A stretch of DNA of 64,000 nt from Longimicrobiales bacterium (GCA_965238005.1 OZ250165.1:864001-928000), one strand, 5' to 3'; positions 50,678 through 62,625 are shown, counted from the first letter of the stretch. The notes: a model not told the origin generated them from the sequence alone. Numbers and translations are program-made.

Positions 50678-52972
50678 TCAGTTCATTGTCATCTTCACCC
50701 TCGGCCCGGGAGGCATGAACCTGTGTAAGAAGTCGGTTCGCAGGTTGTACAAGTGATCCTGCGTATTTCGACCTACTCTCAATCCATGGTTGCGGTTGGG
50801 ATATACCATCATGCTGAACTGCTTCTCGTGGGCGACTAATTCATTGACCAGAGATTCAAAACTCTGGTAATGCACGTTCGAGTCTCCGCTACCGTGAATG
50901 ATGAGCAAATTGCCTTCGAGGCGATGTGCCCAGGTTATCGGCGAGCCGTTTTCGTAGCCCTCCATATTCTCGTCGATGAGTCCCATAAAACGTTCTTGAT
51001 AGCCGGGATGGTAAAACCGCTGGTGGCTCACAAACGAGGACGGCATGGCGAGCTTGTACAGATCCGGGTACCGAAAGATGAGATTGAGGCTCATCTGGCC
51101 TCCACCGCTGTGTCCGTAGATCCCGACTCTTTCGGGGTCCAAGTATGGGGTGGTGGCGAGGATCTCCGTTGTGGCGGCGGCGTGGTCCTTGGCCGCTAAG
51201 ATTCCGAGCTGACGGTGAATACTCTTGCGCCAAATGCGACTTCTGGGAGCCGAGGTACCCCGAGGGTCGACACTCATCACAACGTATCCCTGCTGCGTGA
51301 GCATCAGATGCCACAGGTATCTCGTGCCGGCCCATGAGTCCAACACGGTCTGTCCGGCAGGCTCTCCGTAGATGTAAAAAAACAGCGGATACTTCTGTTG
51401 TGGATCAAAATCCGGTGGCTTGATGGTAAACGCGTCCAACTCCAATCCGTCCCCAATATCCACGCGGAAAAATTCCGTGGGACTCTTCTCGAGCTCGGCC
51501 AACTTTTGGCGAAGGTCGGTGTTGTCCTCGAGCACCCTCGCGGAGCGGTGATCCGGAATGCGAATCAGATCGACCTCCGGCGGGGTGTCTTTCGTCGAGA
51601 AGGTGTGGATGGCCCAATTGAAATCAGGCGACACCTGATAGCCATGGGTGCCGGGGGATTCCATCGGAGTGATCCGTTCGGAAGTCCCGCTACCGTCCAG
51701 CGGTACCCGGAACAAGAAACGCTGTGTCGCGTTGTCCGGCGACGCCATGTAGTAGAGCCACCCTTCTTCTTCATCTATTCCCTGAATCACGATGACGTCG
51801 AACGGGCCCGGCGTGAGCAAACCCAACTCCTGCCCCGTGCGTGAGTACAAGTACACGTGCGACCACCCGTCACGTTCACTCACAAACGTGAACTTCTCAC
51901 CACCGTCGAGCCAATAGATGTTGTTCGGCTCGACCCAGGCGCTGTCTGTTTCGACGAGGATCGACCGGACGGCACCCTCTGGAACATCCGCCAGCAACAC
52001 CCGCAGAGTGTTCTGACGTCGGTTCATGATTTGCAACACCAATTCACTGGAACTGGCCGCCCAATCCATCCGCCACAGATAGTCTTCGTGAGGATCTGCC
52101 GGTAGATCCAACCAGCTCGTCTCTCCTCCGCCGGAGGCGACAACGCCCACCCGGAACGAGGCCATCTTCTGTCCCACTTTTACATAGGGAAACGATACGA
52201 TCTCAGGATAGAGGGTCTCGGTGTTGTTGATCATGTAGAAGTCCGGAACGTCGCTCCAGTCCGACTGCACATAAACGACGAGTTTGCCGTCCGGACTCCA
52301 GGCGTATCCACCCTTGCCCGCAATCAGGTCTCCGTATCGCCTGTTGAGCATGGAATTGCTGGCGGATTTGATTCTCCCGTTGAACAGCCGCTCCGCCCCG
52401 TCCGTCGTCAACCGGATGATCTCGAATGACGTAAGGTCTTCCACATAGATGTCATTGTCTTTGACGTAACTGACGCGACGCCCCTCCGGGGAGAACCTGG
52501 CAGTCTGCAACGATTGGGGGGCCGCATCGCGTCCAAGCTTGTGCCAGTTCCATCCCAGGAGGTCGAGGACCCAGTAGTCCTGTGCTGCACTGCCTCGGAC
52601 CACCTGTTTGAGATTGGTGGATATGAGAAGTTTGGATCCGTTAGGGGACCAGGAATAACTCTCGATCTCCATCGGTGATGACTCGCCCGGCAGGATCAGT
52701 CTCCACGCCGGAACCGCCACCACCTTCGCGCCGGTCTCCGCGTCGTACCTCACCACATCTCTCGCGCCGTCGTTAGTATCCGATGCTTCCAAAAGGGTGT
52801 AACTGGCCCCACCCGCCGACCACACCACGGGCCCGAATGACTTGGCCCGGAACCCTGAACTCAAGATTCTCTCTACGGTCAGCAGTGAAGAGTCGTCTTG
52901 CTGAGCAAGGGCCGGAAAACGTGGCACTGCCAGAACGGTTATTGCCAGTACCGTTATTGCCAGATTTCTCAT
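50678..52972 (-). CDS. S9B/DPP-IV-like peptidase
   Basis: ATG after GGAGG; signal peptide; GHSGGG, HGSGDSNVH, YPNRNHG. Confidence 0.93.
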   Translation of the reverse strand: MRNLAITVLAITVLAVPRFPALAQQDDSSLLTVERILSSGFRAKSFGPVVWSAGGASYTLLEASDTNDGARDVVRYDAETGAKVVAVPAWRLILPGESSPMEIESYSWSPNGSKLLISTNLKQVVRGSAAQDYWVLDLLGWNWHKLGRDAAPQSLQTARFSPEGRRVSYVKDNDIYVEDLTSFEIIRLTTDGAERLFNGRIKSASNSMLNRRYGDLIAGKGGYAWSPDGKLVVYVQSDWSDVPDFYMINNTETLYPEIVSFPYVKVGQKMASFRVGVVASGGGETSWLDLPADPHEDYLWRMDWAASSSELVLQIMNRRQNTLRVLLADVPEGAVRSILVETDSAWVEPNNIYWLDGGEKFTFVSERDGWSHVYLYSRTGQELGLLTPGPFDVIVIQGIDEEEGWLYYMASPDNATQRFLFRVPLDGSGTSERITPMESPGTHGYQVSPDFNWAIHTFSTKDTPPEVDLIRIPDHRSARVLEDNTDLRQKLAELEKSPTEFFRVDIGDGLELDAFTIKPPDFDPQQKYPLFFYIYGEPAGQTVLDSWAGTRYLWHLMLTQQGYVVMSVDPRGTSAPRSRIWRKSIHRQLGILAAKDHAAATTEILATTPYLDPERVGIYGHSGGGQMSLNLIFRYPDLYKLAMPSSFVSHQRFYHPGYQERFMGLIDENMEGYENGSPITWAHRLEGNLLIIHGSGDSNVHYQSFESLVNELVAHEKQFSMMVYPNRNHGLRVGRNTQDHLYNLRTDFLHRFMPPGPRVKMTMN

Positions 52973-53025
52973 TCTGTCCTCCATGTTGTCAGCCGAGCAG
53001 TCGAATTCGGACCTAGCGCAACGCC

Positions 53026-55362
53026 TCACTCCAATGCGCTCGCAGCCTCGCGAATCATCGTGATGTCGGCGACGAAGATGCTGCGACCGTGTGTGCCTAT
53101 GACGAGTTCTGGATCCCGCGGATGAACTACCAGATCGTAAACGGCTGCCGTGGGCAGATCGGCACAAAGCGAGTGCCAGGTGGCACCGCCATCGACACTC
53201 GCGTACACGCCAAGGTCGGTACCCACGTAGAGAATCCGTGCATCGGTGGGATCTTCAGCGATGACGTTTATCGGTTCGGATGGCATATTCGCCGCGATCG
53301 ACACCCAGGATTCGCCGAAATCAGTCGAGCGATATACGTACTTTTCGAAGTCGTCGTCGCGGTACCCTGTGAAGGACACATACACGGTACGAAGATCGTA
53401 CCGTGACGCCGCTACTCGGCTCACCCACTTCTCCGGCAAGCCACCATCGATCCTGGCCCAGGTTGCACCGTCGTCGCGCGTTACGTGGATGTAACCGTCA
53501 TCCGCTCCGGTGTAGAGCAGGCCTCGGCGCAAAGGCGATTCGGATACCGTCGTCAGAGTTCCGAAGGGAACGTTGCCCTGGGTCGATGGCTGGCTCGTGA
53601 GATCCGGACTGATGGCGCTCCAAGAGTCGCCGCGGTCCAACGACTTGAAGAGGATGTTCGCACCGTAATAGAGGGTCCGAGGATCGTAGTACGAAATGAA
53701 GAACGGCGTCATCCAATTCGAGCGGAGCGCGGGTTGGCCTTCCTCCGCCTGCGGCCGGATTCGGGGTGCCGTGTCCGCAGCCATTTCCTTCCGTCGCAGG
53801 TCTCCAAACTGATGCTCGTAATAGATCACGTCGGGATTGGTCGGATCGCGGTAGGTGAAGTAGGAATCCCCACCACCCCACCGGTCGAGATAGACATGCC
53901 TCCAAGGATCGTCAACGTCCCACTCGACGACGTGGGTGCTCGGGCCCCAGAGCGCCGCGTCGTCTTGTGTGCCGCCGTAAATATTGTACGGCCACTCCAT
54001 ATCCACCGAGACCGCGTAGAACTCACCGATCGGCAGGTTATTGAGGTGAAGCCACGACTCCCCTCGGTCGTAGGAGACGTGGAGACCTCCGTCGTTACCG
54101 AGGATCATATGATCGGGGTCTTGCGGATTGATCCAAAGCTCGTGCTGGTCGAGGTGAAGCACGCGGGAGCCGTGCGGTAAGAGGTGCACCAGCGTGCCCT
54201 CTATCTGCCGGTACGTCCTGCCGCCGTTCTCCGACGCCCAGAACCGGTTGCCAGGTACGTACACCACGTCCTCGTTGTCCGGTGCGATCTTGATGATGCA
54301 GAAGTCGTAGCCCGCCGGGACGCGCTCCTCGTTCACCTTCCTCCACGTGGCCCCGCGGTCGTCGGAACGATAGACCTCACCGCCGATCCTTCTCGGTCCC
54401 CGTTCATCCCGGGTAGTGTCCGGATCGGGGAGGTGGTTGTCGAGAAGTGCGTACACCACGTTCGGGTTCGACGGCGCAACGTCAATAGCGATACGACCCA
54501 CGCCCTCACCTGTGGGGAAACCGTTGGTGAGCTTCTCCCATGAGTTACCACCGTCGGTCGTCTTGTAGATGCCGCTCCCCTCCCCGCTCGCCGTATGCCC
54601 CCAGGCCTTTCTCGTCCGTTGCCACGCCGTGGCGTAGAGGGTGTTGGGATCGGAGGGATCCATGACGAGATCCACAACGCCGACACGATCGCTTATGTAG
54701 AGGATTTTTTCCCAGGTGTCTCCACCGTCGACGGTCTTGTAGAGACCTCTTTCCTCGTTGAACGTGTAGAGGTGACCGATCGCCGCGACGTACACGATGT
54801 CGGGGTCGCGCGGGTGGATCAGTACTTGTCCGATGTGGTGCGTGTCCGCGAGCCCCATGTGCTGCCACGTTTCACCGGCGTCGACGGACTTGAACACACC
54901 GGTTCCCGCATAGGAGCTGCGGGCCATGAGCACTTCACCAGTTCCGACCCAGACGACGTTCGGGTCCGACTCCGCCACAGCCACGTCGCCGATCGCAAAC
55001 GTCGACTGCTTCTCGAAGATCGGCGTCCACGTCGTGCCGTTGGTCACCGTCTTCCAGAGGTTCCCCGATCCCACTCCGACATAGAACGTGGAGGTCTCAC
55101 CGGCAGGTACGGCTATGCTTTCGATCCGACCCCCCTGCTTTTGCGGTCCGACTGCCCGCCATTCGAGATCGGCGAAGGGTGATTCGCGTTCCATTCGCTG
55201 GTGCTGCTCCCAGGAGCGCAGCCGAGTCGTTACATCGGTTGGGTTCTCACGACCGCGAAGTGTCTGACGCGAAGCGTCGATTTGATCGGCCGAGAGAGGG
55301 ACGGACAGAAGCGCGAGCGCGGCCATTACCAAGAACGTCGTTGCTGAGCTTCTCAATTTCAT
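53026..55362 (-). CDS. VPS10/BNR-repeat glycosyl-hydrolase-like protein
   Basis: Many SxDGGxTW repeats, WRAVGP, GGTQDD, GTHGRS. Confidence 0.88.
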   Translation of the reverse strand: MKLRSSATTFLVMAALALLSVPLSADQIDASRQTLRGRENPTDVTTRLRSWEQHQRMERESPFADLEWRAVGPQKQGGRIESIAVPAGETSTFYVGVGSGNLWKTVTNGTTWTPIFEKQSTFAIGDVAVAESDPNVVWVGTGEVLMARSSYAGTGVFKSVDAGETWQHMGLADTHHIGQVLIHPRDPDIVYVAAIGHLYTFNEERGLYKTVDGGDTWEKILYISDRVGVVDLVMDPSDPNTLYATAWQRTRKAWGHTASGEGSGIYKTTDGGNSWEKLTNGFPTGEGVGRIAIDVAPSNPNVVYALLDNHLPDPDTTRDERGPRRIGGEVYRSDDRGATWRKVNEERVPAGYDFCIIKIAPDNEDVVYVPGNRFWASENGGRTYRQIEGTLVHLLPHGSRVLHLDQHELWINPQDPDHMILGNDGGLHVSYDRGESWLHLNNLPIGEFYAVSVDMEWPYNIYGGTQDDAALWGPSTHVVEWDVDDPWRHVYLDRWGGGDSYFTYRDPTNPDVIYYEHQFGDLRRKEMAADTAPRIRPQAEEGQPALRSNWMTPFFISYYDPRTLYYGANILFKSLDRGDSWSAISPDLTSQPSTQGNVPFGTLTTVSESPLRRGLLYTGADDGYIHVTRDDGATWARIDGGLPEKWVSRVAASRYDLRTVYVSFTGYRDDDFEKYVYRSTDFGESWVSIAANMPSEPINVIAEDPTDARILYVGTDLGVYASVDGGATWHSLCADLPTAAVYDLVVHPRDPELVIGTHGRSIFVADITMIREAASALE

Positions 55363-55420
55363 CCTCCATGATGTTCGCGCTCGGGGGGACAGATTCCTCA
55401 GGGATTCAGGGAGCACCAAC

Positions 55421-57157
55421 TCAACCACCGAGATCGGGACGTCTTCGATAGAAACCCGCCGTGTCCTGGTACGCCTTCGCCAAAGCGAGGAGCTTTTCCT
55501 CACCGTAGACGGCGCCGACAAACGCAATGCCGGTGGGAGTGCCCTGCCCCGTGAAGCCGTTGGGAACCGCAACGACCGGGTGACCCGTCATGCTGGTGAG
55601 CGGATTGATCGATCGATACGGCGCAACGAGGACATCGATCCCGTCCATCGCCTCGGCTACCTCTTGCATGAGAAGCATCCGAATGCGATTTGCCTGGAGG
55701 TACTCGACCGCCGGCACTAGCTGTGAGACACGAAGCTCTCCGCGGTGGTTTTGCCTCCGCAGGCCCACGTCCTGGCGTGTGTGTGTGAATTCTTGGAAGC
55801 CTGCCGCCCGCTCAACGTATTCGATGAAATAAATGAGACGGTTTTGGGGGATCTCCACAGCTTGGAGTGGCAAGCCCATCGACCGGAGGGTATCCAGTAC
55901 CGCCTTGGCGTTCGCTGTATCCTCCGCACGTTGCTGCGGACGCTGGGTGCGCCGACCAAGGTCGTCCAAGCGCTGTTCATCAAACGCCGACTCGAAGTAC
56001 CCAACGCGAAGAGTTCCTATATCCAGGTTTGCGTCCCAGTTGAATGGCACGTCGCGCGGCACCGCGAGGTCTTTACCGTCCGGCCCTGCAATGGCGTGCA
56101 AAACGACTGCACAGTCTTCGGCCATGCGACACATCGGCCCGATCTTGTCGAGGCTGTAGCCCGCGGCCATGGCTCCATACCGACTCACGCGTCCAAACGT
56201 CGGTCTCAGTCCCACGACACCGCATCGCACCGAGGGCGAGAGAATGGATCCTCCGGTGTCGGTCCCTATGCCGAAGCCGACGAGGCCCGCAGCCGTCGCC
56301 GAGCCTGAGCCCGCTGACGAGCCGCTCGAGCCTTGCTGCGGGTCCCATGGGTTGTTGGTGCGACCGCCAAACCAGGTATCTCCAAAGGCCAGCTCACCGG
56401 TAGTCAGCTTCGCAACTAGAATCGCGCCCGCTTCGTCCAGACGCTCCACGACGGTGGCGTCGTAGTCGAAGACCTGATTCTCGAACTGCGCCGCACCCCA
56501 CGTCGTTCGGTATCCTGCGACGGAGATGATGTCTTTGACTCCCCAAGGAATACCGTGCAGCGGACCACGGTACCGACCTGCTGCAATTTCGGCGTCGGCC
56601 TGTGCGGCCTGCTCCCGGGCCCGGCGTTCGGTGAGCGTTACCACGCAGTTCAACGTCCCGTTGTAACGCTTGAGCCGATTCAAATACATCTCCGTCAGCT
56701 CGCTCGGCGCGACCTGACGCGACTCGATTAACTGCGCGAGCCGAGTCACGGGCCAAAACGCCACCTCCTCGAGTCGTGACGGACGGGTCTCGGCTGGTAT
56801 ATCGCTCAGCACGAGCGACCCCTCGCTTCGATCGGCGGCCGTTCCCGGTACGACGGGATTGAAGTAAAAAGGCGGTGGCACGCTGTTGTCGAGGTGAGTT
56901 TCTCTGATTTCCTCAATAGTTTCGAGACTCTCGCGTACACCTTCGACCATCATCTCGAGTTCTTCCTGGTTGAAATCCAGGCCGGCGACTTGCGAAGCGG
57001 CCTTCACCATCTCGAGCGTGATTGTCTGATCCTGGGTCTCGTGGACCTTTGCCCACAGCGCGCCCGGCATGAGTGTGGACGACAAGCCGATGCCGGAGAA
57101 ATACCCAAGAAAGCGACGCCGTGATTGAGGATGGTCTCGAACGGTTTCGGTATTCAT
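55421..57157 (-). CDS. Amidase-signature family enzyme with Tat-like signal
   Basis: SRRRFL; GPLHGIPWGVKD, GSSGSSAGS, GTDTGGSI. Confidence 0.92.
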   Translation of the reverse strand: MNTETVRDHPQSRRRFLGYFSGIGLSSTLMPGALWAKVHETQDQTITLEMVKAASQVAGLDFNQEELEMMVEGVRESLETIEEIRETHLDNSVPPPFYFNPVVPGTAADRSEGSLVLSDIPAETRPSRLEEVAFWPVTRLAQLIESRQVAPSELTEMYLNRLKRYNGTLNCVVTLTERRAREQAAQADAEIAAGRYRGPLHGIPWGVKDIISVAGYRTTWGAAQFENQVFDYDATVVERLDEAGAILVAKLTTGELAFGDTWFGGRTNNPWDPQQGSSGSSAGSGSATAAGLVGFGIGTDTGGSILSPSVRCGVVGLRPTFGRVSRYGAMAAGYSLDKIGPMCRMAEDCAVVLHAIAGPDGKDLAVPRDVPFNWDANLDIGTLRVGYFESAFDEQRLDDLGRRTQRPQQRAEDTANAKAVLDTLRSMGLPLQAVEIPQNRLIYFIEYVERAAGFQEFTHTRQDVGLRRQNHRGELRVSQLVPAVEYLQANRIRMLLMQEVAEAMDGIDVLVAPYRSINPLTSMTGHPVVAVPNGFTGQGTPTGIAFVGAVYGEEKLLALAKAYQDTAGFYRRRPDLGG

Positions 57158-57779
57158 GGTTCCTCCGTTGCGGTTCGTTGTGTCTCTCTACTGGCTCCAG
57201 CCAAGAAAAACCCGCGCCTCCTTCGACGACGACGCGCGAGCCCATCCAGCGCTCAACCGTCTCGCCAAGACGGGGTCGAGCGGGTCGCGCTCCTAGGGAG
57301 CCCCGGAGTGCGTGGGCGCAAAATACTCGGCGCACAGCGGTGCGGCAATCCTGAGCTGGAGGCCGCTCACTCCCCCCCTCAGTTACGAGGACCCAAGGAT
57401 TCGGGCCATCTCGCGGAAAGAGAACCCTGTCAGACGCTTACAAGCACGTTCTGAGCGCTTTCGGGCTTTATTCGGTTTCCTGGGGGCCTTCCCGTGGCAG
57501 GCGTTTGCCGCGCTGAGGGCAAGGCCAGTCCACTCTTACCGACTCCTCTACCGCTGTTGCCATGAGCCATCTCCTCCACCATGAGGAGCTGCACACATTT
57601 GACAAGCGCAAGTATCTCCAGCAAACTGGCCATTGTTCTGCAAGAGGCGGGGAACGTGAAGAAGTCAATGTTTAAGAAGGCCTGGGGGCGGATCATGTCG
57701 ACGCCCCAATCGCTTCTGCCAACCTCGTGAAACCCTCGCATCCCCAGGAGATGTGCCGATGCTGAAAGGGACGAGCATT

Positions 57780-59252
57780 ATGAAAACGACCCTTTACATC
57801 GCCGCTGTTCTTCCGCCGATGGGAATCATGAGCTTGCTTGGGTGTGTCTCTGAGGCGGCGTCCGCAGCCGATGCCGCCGTACCTCCATGTCCGGAGGACG
57901 AGTCGACCCCCTGCTGGTCAGTTATGATGGTGGGGGGTGTCGAGGGGTCCCCGACTGTCTGTGACCTCGACGGCGATGGACGTCTCGAAGCGCTGGTTCC
58001 CATATCGGTGTTCGACCAGCCCGATAAAAGTTATCTGATCGCGCTCGACGCTATAACTGGAAGCGTTCTTTGGCAATCCGCGATGGGGGGCGCCAGTTAC
58101 TCGTATCCGTACTGTGTCGATGTCAACGGCGATGGCGTTGAGGACCTCCTTGTCGGGGGCCGAACCATGGACGTGACCGCGTTGTCCGGGGTGGACGGCG
58201 AGCGCCTCTGGTCACTCGCCCAGACCTATCCGGACGAGTTTCCCGGAAACCTCTCGTCTGGCAACACGTCCTCTGTCGCAGGAGCCTCGATCGAGGCCCA
58301 GACCCTGTTTGTCTCCGCGGGAGGTTCCCACAGCGACGCCCCCGGCCGACTGCTCGCATTGCGACCGGATGGGTCGTTGTTGCAAACCTGGTTCGAGCCC
58401 GCGAACCAACCGGTTTACTCGAGCCCCGCCGTCGTGCGGCTTTTTACCGGCGAGTTACTCGTTGCGGTCGGCTCCGGGGGGGAGAAGTCCCCGGGAAGCC
58501 TCCATTGGTTGCAATTCGACGAGTCCACCGACCGCTTTTCGTACCGCGCCGGGATTGCGTCTGCCTGTCTGGAGGGGGGATTCATCTCCTCGCCTTTTTG
58601 GGGCGACCTAACCGGGGACGCTCTTCCGGAGTTGGTGGGTACCGATTTTTGTGGTGGGGTCCACGCGGTCTCAATCGATGGATCTAGGCTGTGGAGCTAT
58701 GCGGACGAAGTCTTGTATGCTACCGCGAATCCGCTGTTGGCGGATCTCACCGGCGACGGAACGTTCGACGTCGTCGCCGCTTTCCATTCGTTTAACTTCA
58801 GTCTTCCCGAAACCTGGGAACCGGTCGCAAGCGCAGTGGTCGCTCTCGATGGATTGACCGGAGATCTGCTATGGCGGACGGAGCTGTCCACAATCGTGTT
58901 CGCCTCGCCCATCTCGGCCGACTTTGACCTCGATGGCGTAGAGGATGTCTGGATCGTGGGCACCGGGCTCCCCGACCAGGAGAACGAATTTACTGTGCTC
59001 TCGGGCACCTCGGGCGAACTCCTTTATACGAAGGTTGGGGGAGGCGGCTTTGGAACCCCGGTTCTTGGCGACTTCGACCGTAACGGTAGTATAGATGTGT
59101 TGTTTACGGAGATGGAGAGTGTGAGGGACCCCTTGGGGCCGGGCCGCATCCTTCGAATGGAGTTCGCGGACCGTCCGTATACACCGACGGCGTCGTTCAG
59201 CGGCTTTCGCGGGGTGCCGGTTCACAGTGGCCATCGGCCATCCCCCCCTTAG
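57780..59252 (+). CDS. FG-GAP/PQQ-like beta-propeller protein (possible lipoprotein)
   Basis: LLGC lipobox; repeated DLDGDG/DVNGDG/DLTGDG loops. Confidence 0.78.
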   Translation: MKTTLYIAAVLPPMGIMSLLGCVSEAASAADAAVPPCPEDESTPCWSVMMVGGVEGSPTVCDLDGDGRLEALVPISVFDQPDKSYLIALDAITGSVLWQSAMGGASYSYPYCVDVNGDGVEDLLVGGRTMDVTALSGVDGERLWSLAQTYPDEFPGNLSSGNTSSVAGASIEAQTLFVSAGGSHSDAPGRLLALRPDGSLLQTWFEPANQPVYSSPAVVRLFTGELLVAVGSGGEKSPGSLHWLQFDESTDRFSYRAGIASACLEGGFISSPFWGDLTGDALPELVGTDFCGGVHAVSIDGSRLWSYADEVLYATANPLLADLTGDGTFDVVAAFHSFNFSLPETWEPVASAVVALDGLTGDLLWRTELSTIVFASPISADFDLDGVEDVWIVGTGLPDQENEFTVLSGTSGELLYTKVGGGGFGTPVLGDFDRNGSIDVLFTEMESVRDPLGPGRILRMEFADRPYTPTASFSGFRGVPVHSGHRPSPP

Positions 59253-59269
59253 GCTGGCGCTGCCCCTCG

Positions 59270-59467
59270 GTCAGTGTGATTGATGGAACCCCGGCCAACG
59301 ACACGCGCACCGGCCTGGCCGAATGGAGTCAGATCCCTGTCTCCGCGATCGAGAGGATCGAGGTTCTTCGTGGCTCGGCGTCGGTGGTCTATGGCGATGC
59401 AGCGCTCGGTGCCGTGGTACACGTCGTGACCCGCGGTGGATCGAGACCAGCCTTGGCCGGTTCCTGA
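59270..59467 (+). pseudogene. TonB-dependent receptor plug-domain fragment
   Basis: IDGTP..IPVSAIERIEVLRGSASVVYGDAALGAVVHVVTR with no barrel following. Confidence 0.8.
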
Positions 59468-59487
59468 CGGATTAGGCTCGAGGCTGC

Positions 59488-60959
59488 CTACGAGGCATAG
59501 TCCTCCAAAATCAGTTGCGCCCGGTTCTCTTCGGAGACGCGCTGGCGGTACGGGCGAGCCGCGAACCAGAATCCGATCCCCGTGGCGCTGAGCGCCCCGA
59601 GGATCAGCCATTCAAGAGGCCAGACGAGTACGCTCGGACTGTTAGGAATGAGCATCACGGCCAGGATAAACAGCGAGCCGGCGGCCGCCACGTAGGCAAG
59701 CGCGTTACCGCCGGGCATCCTGTACGGACGTTCCATGTGTGGGAACTTCTTGCGCAGTTGGACGAGCGAGAGCGCCACCCCCAGGAACGCCAGCGCGATA
59801 CAAAACGAGCCGACGTCGACAAACGCGATGATCGCCCCTCGCCCGAGGCACGCGGAGAGGAACGTTACCAGACCGCTGAACAGGACCGCATTTGCGGGGG
59901 TCCCGTATCGAGGATGGGTCTGGCCGAACGATTCGTGGATGATGTGGGCGCGCCCTAGAGAAAAGAGCACACGGGAGCCCGCCAGGAAGAAGCCGTTCCA
60001 ACTCGTGAGCAGGCCGATCAACCCGGCGACGAGCACGAGGTTGACAAGCAGCCGGGACTCGAACGCCGACTCGAACGCCGCGGCTGTGGGCAGGTCTTCG
60101 CCCACGATGCTCCGCCAGGGCGCCGTCATACCTGCTCCGAGGATGATCGCAATATAGAAAATCGTCGAGCCGACGATGGCGAGGATGACGTAAAGGCCGA
60201 GCCGATGGAGGGGCGAGTTTTCTCGGCGCTCCTCGGCCGCCTGGGGAATCGTGTCGAAGCCGACGTACCAGAATGGAACGTCACGAAGACGGCGAGCATG
60301 CCCCCCAGGGCGCCCCTCAGGCCGCTACTCCCGGGAGATCTGTCCCCGAAATAGGGGGCCAGGTTGCCGATCTCGCCGCTGGCGATGCCCGAGACTACAA
60401 AAAAGACGGCGCAGAGCAGGAAAAGGGCCGTCAGCGCGATCTGGACCCGCAAGGCGATCGCCACGCCGAAATAGTTGATCGCGGTGATGAAGCCAGTAAA
60501 GAAGAGGGCCAGCAGTAGGTGCGATGCGTAGACCGTCGAGTCCGCGATCTCGTAGAGCGGAAGAACGTCGATCTGCGGGACCAAGAACGAGAGGACCAAC
60601 CCTACCGAAATGGCTTCGAATGCCGAGACGGACAGATAGCCGAAAGCCAAGAACCATCCGATGACGAAGGCCCTGGAGGTGTCATAGGCCTTATAGGCGT
60701 ATGCCACCTCTCCGCCGGTCACCGGAAGCATGGGTGTGACCTCGGCGTAACAGAGCCCGATGACCAGCATGAGCGTGCCGCCCAGCGTAAACGCAAGCAT
60801 CGCCCCGACCGGGCCGGCTTGCTCGAACCAGCCGCCCAAGGCGGTGATCCAACCGACGCCGATGATCGAGCCGAAAGCGAGCGCGAAAAAACCGAAGCCG
60901 CTGATCGCCCGTTTCAGCTCCGGGCGCGCGGTGGATACCTCTGTGGAATCGGTGGGCAT
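59488..60959 (-). pseudogene. APC-family amino acid permease with 1-nt frameshift near 60281
   Basis: FGSIIGVGW, YAE..P..GGE; VFVT|VPFWYVGFDTIPQAAEE continues in another frame; SRVLFSLGR. Confidence 0.85.
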
Positions 60960-61371
60960 GAAACCCTGCTCAATGCTCCCGGCAACGTCGTCATGTCCGC
61001 GGACCGGGGTGACGACGGGAGGAGGTCCTCGGAAAGAACGATCATGTCGGCCAGCTTGCCCGGCTCGAGTCCGAAGTAACCGGGCTAGCTCCGGCAAGGA
61101 TAGTAGCCCCAGGGGCCACCCAAACTCCACTCTTGGGGGGAATTAGTCAGGAGATGATTGAGCGCATCCGCGTGACTATTCCTAAAGGGCCGGCTGGCCA
61201 CCGTGGACGAGATCGACTGGATTGCGGAAAAGCTCCGATACCCCGACGGAGGATTGATTTGAGAGAGTGGTTGCTCTATACCTTCGGCGATGCCCGCTGG
61301 TCTGAAATTGCCACCTTCGATGTGAGGTTCGTATGTGCCGAGCCAAGAGTGAGTCGCACATTGTAGTCGCG

Positions 61372-62625
61372 ATGTCTGCCATGCTGTCCCTGGGCGCCGT
61401 CCTGATGACAGGCTGCACCGGTCCCGACGCCGGTAGCGAGGCGGCTGTGACCGTGTTCGAAGGCGCTCGCCTCATCGTCGGGGACGGAAGCGCACCGATC
61501 GAGGACGCGGTGTTCGTCGTCGAGAGCGACCGCTTCACGCACGCGGGGCGAAGGGCGGATGTAGAGATTCCGGGAGGCGCCACCCGCGTCGATCTCAGCG
61601 GCAAGACCGTCATGCCGGCGATCGTGAACGCCCACATCCACCTGGCGTCCACACGGGACGAACGGGTCGATCAGCTCCAGCACATGGCGTACTACGGGGC
61701 CGGCGTGGTCGTGAGCCTGGGCCTGGACAGCGGCGACGTGCCATTCGAGATGCGGGACGAGGCGGTGCCCCACGGGGCCCGGTCACGCACCGCGGGGCGC
61801 GGGATCACCTCCCCGGAACCTGGGCGGTCGGAAGTCCCCTTCTGGGTCACGAGCGAGGCGGAGGCGCGGACCGCCGTGCAGGAGCTGGCCGCTCAGGAGG
61901 TGGACCTGGTCAAGATCTGGGTCGACGATCGCAGCGGCCGCTACGAGAAGCTCTCCCCGGCATTATACGGCGCGGTCATCGACGAGGCCCACAGGCACAG
62001 TCTTCGTGTCACGGCTCACGTGTACACCCTGGAGGACGCGAAGGGGCTTCTCCGGGCGGGGCTCGACGCGTTCGCCCACGGGGTGCGCGACCTTGACGCT
62101 GACGATGAGCTCATGGCGCTCTGGAGCGAGCGCCCCGACGTGGTCCTGGTTCCGAACCTCCCCAATCCGGGGGTGGCGGTAGATCTCGGCTGGCTGAGCG
62201 GGACGGTCCCCCCCGACGAGTTGCAAGAGATGCAGGAGGCGCAGAGGGATCGGCCGGCGGCCCAGGAGTCCTTCGGCATCCAGGCCCGTAACCTGGATAG
62301 GTTCAACCAAGCGGGAGTGAGGATTGCGTTCGGCACGGACGGGAGCACGCCGTGGAGCACCCATCTCGAGATGGAGGACATGGTGAGGTCCGGAATGACC
62401 CCCGCCGAGGTCATCGTCGCGGCAACGCGCAACTCAGCCGAGCTGATGCAGCTAACGGACGTCGGCACGGTGGCGGTGGGCAAGAGCGCAGACTTCATCG
62501 TCCTGGATGCGAACCCCCTTGAGGACATCAAGAACACGAGGCGGATCTCCGCGGTCTATCTCCGCGGCATTGCGGTCGACCGGGACGCGCTAGGAGCGCG
62601 CTTCAGCGGCGGGCCGTCCCCCTAA
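61372..62625 (+). CDS. Amidohydrolase family protein (probable lipoprotein; start uncertain)
   Basis: MTGC lipobox, GKTVMPAIVNAHIH, VKIW, TAH, FGTDG, GKSADFIVL. Confidence 0.9.
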   Translation: MSAMLSLGAVLMTGCTGPDAGSEAAVTVFEGARLIVGDGSAPIEDAVFVVESDRFTHAGRRADVEIPGGATRVDLSGKTVMPAIVNAHIHLASTRDERVDQLQHMAYYGAGVVVSLGLDSGDVPFEMRDEAVPHGARSRTAGRGITSPEPGRSEVPFWVTSEAEARTAVQELAAQEVDLVKIWVDDRSGRYEKLSPALYGAVIDEAHRHSLRVTAHVYTLEDAKGLLRAGLDAFAHGVRDLDADDELMALWSERPDVVLVPNLPNPGVAVDLGWLSGTVPPDELQEMQEAQRDRPAAQESFGIQARNLDRFNQAGVRIAFGTDGSTPWSTHLEMEDMVRSGMTPAEVIVAATRNSAELMQLTDVGTVAVGKSADFIVLDANPLEDIKNTRRISAVYLRGIAVDRDALGARFSGGPSP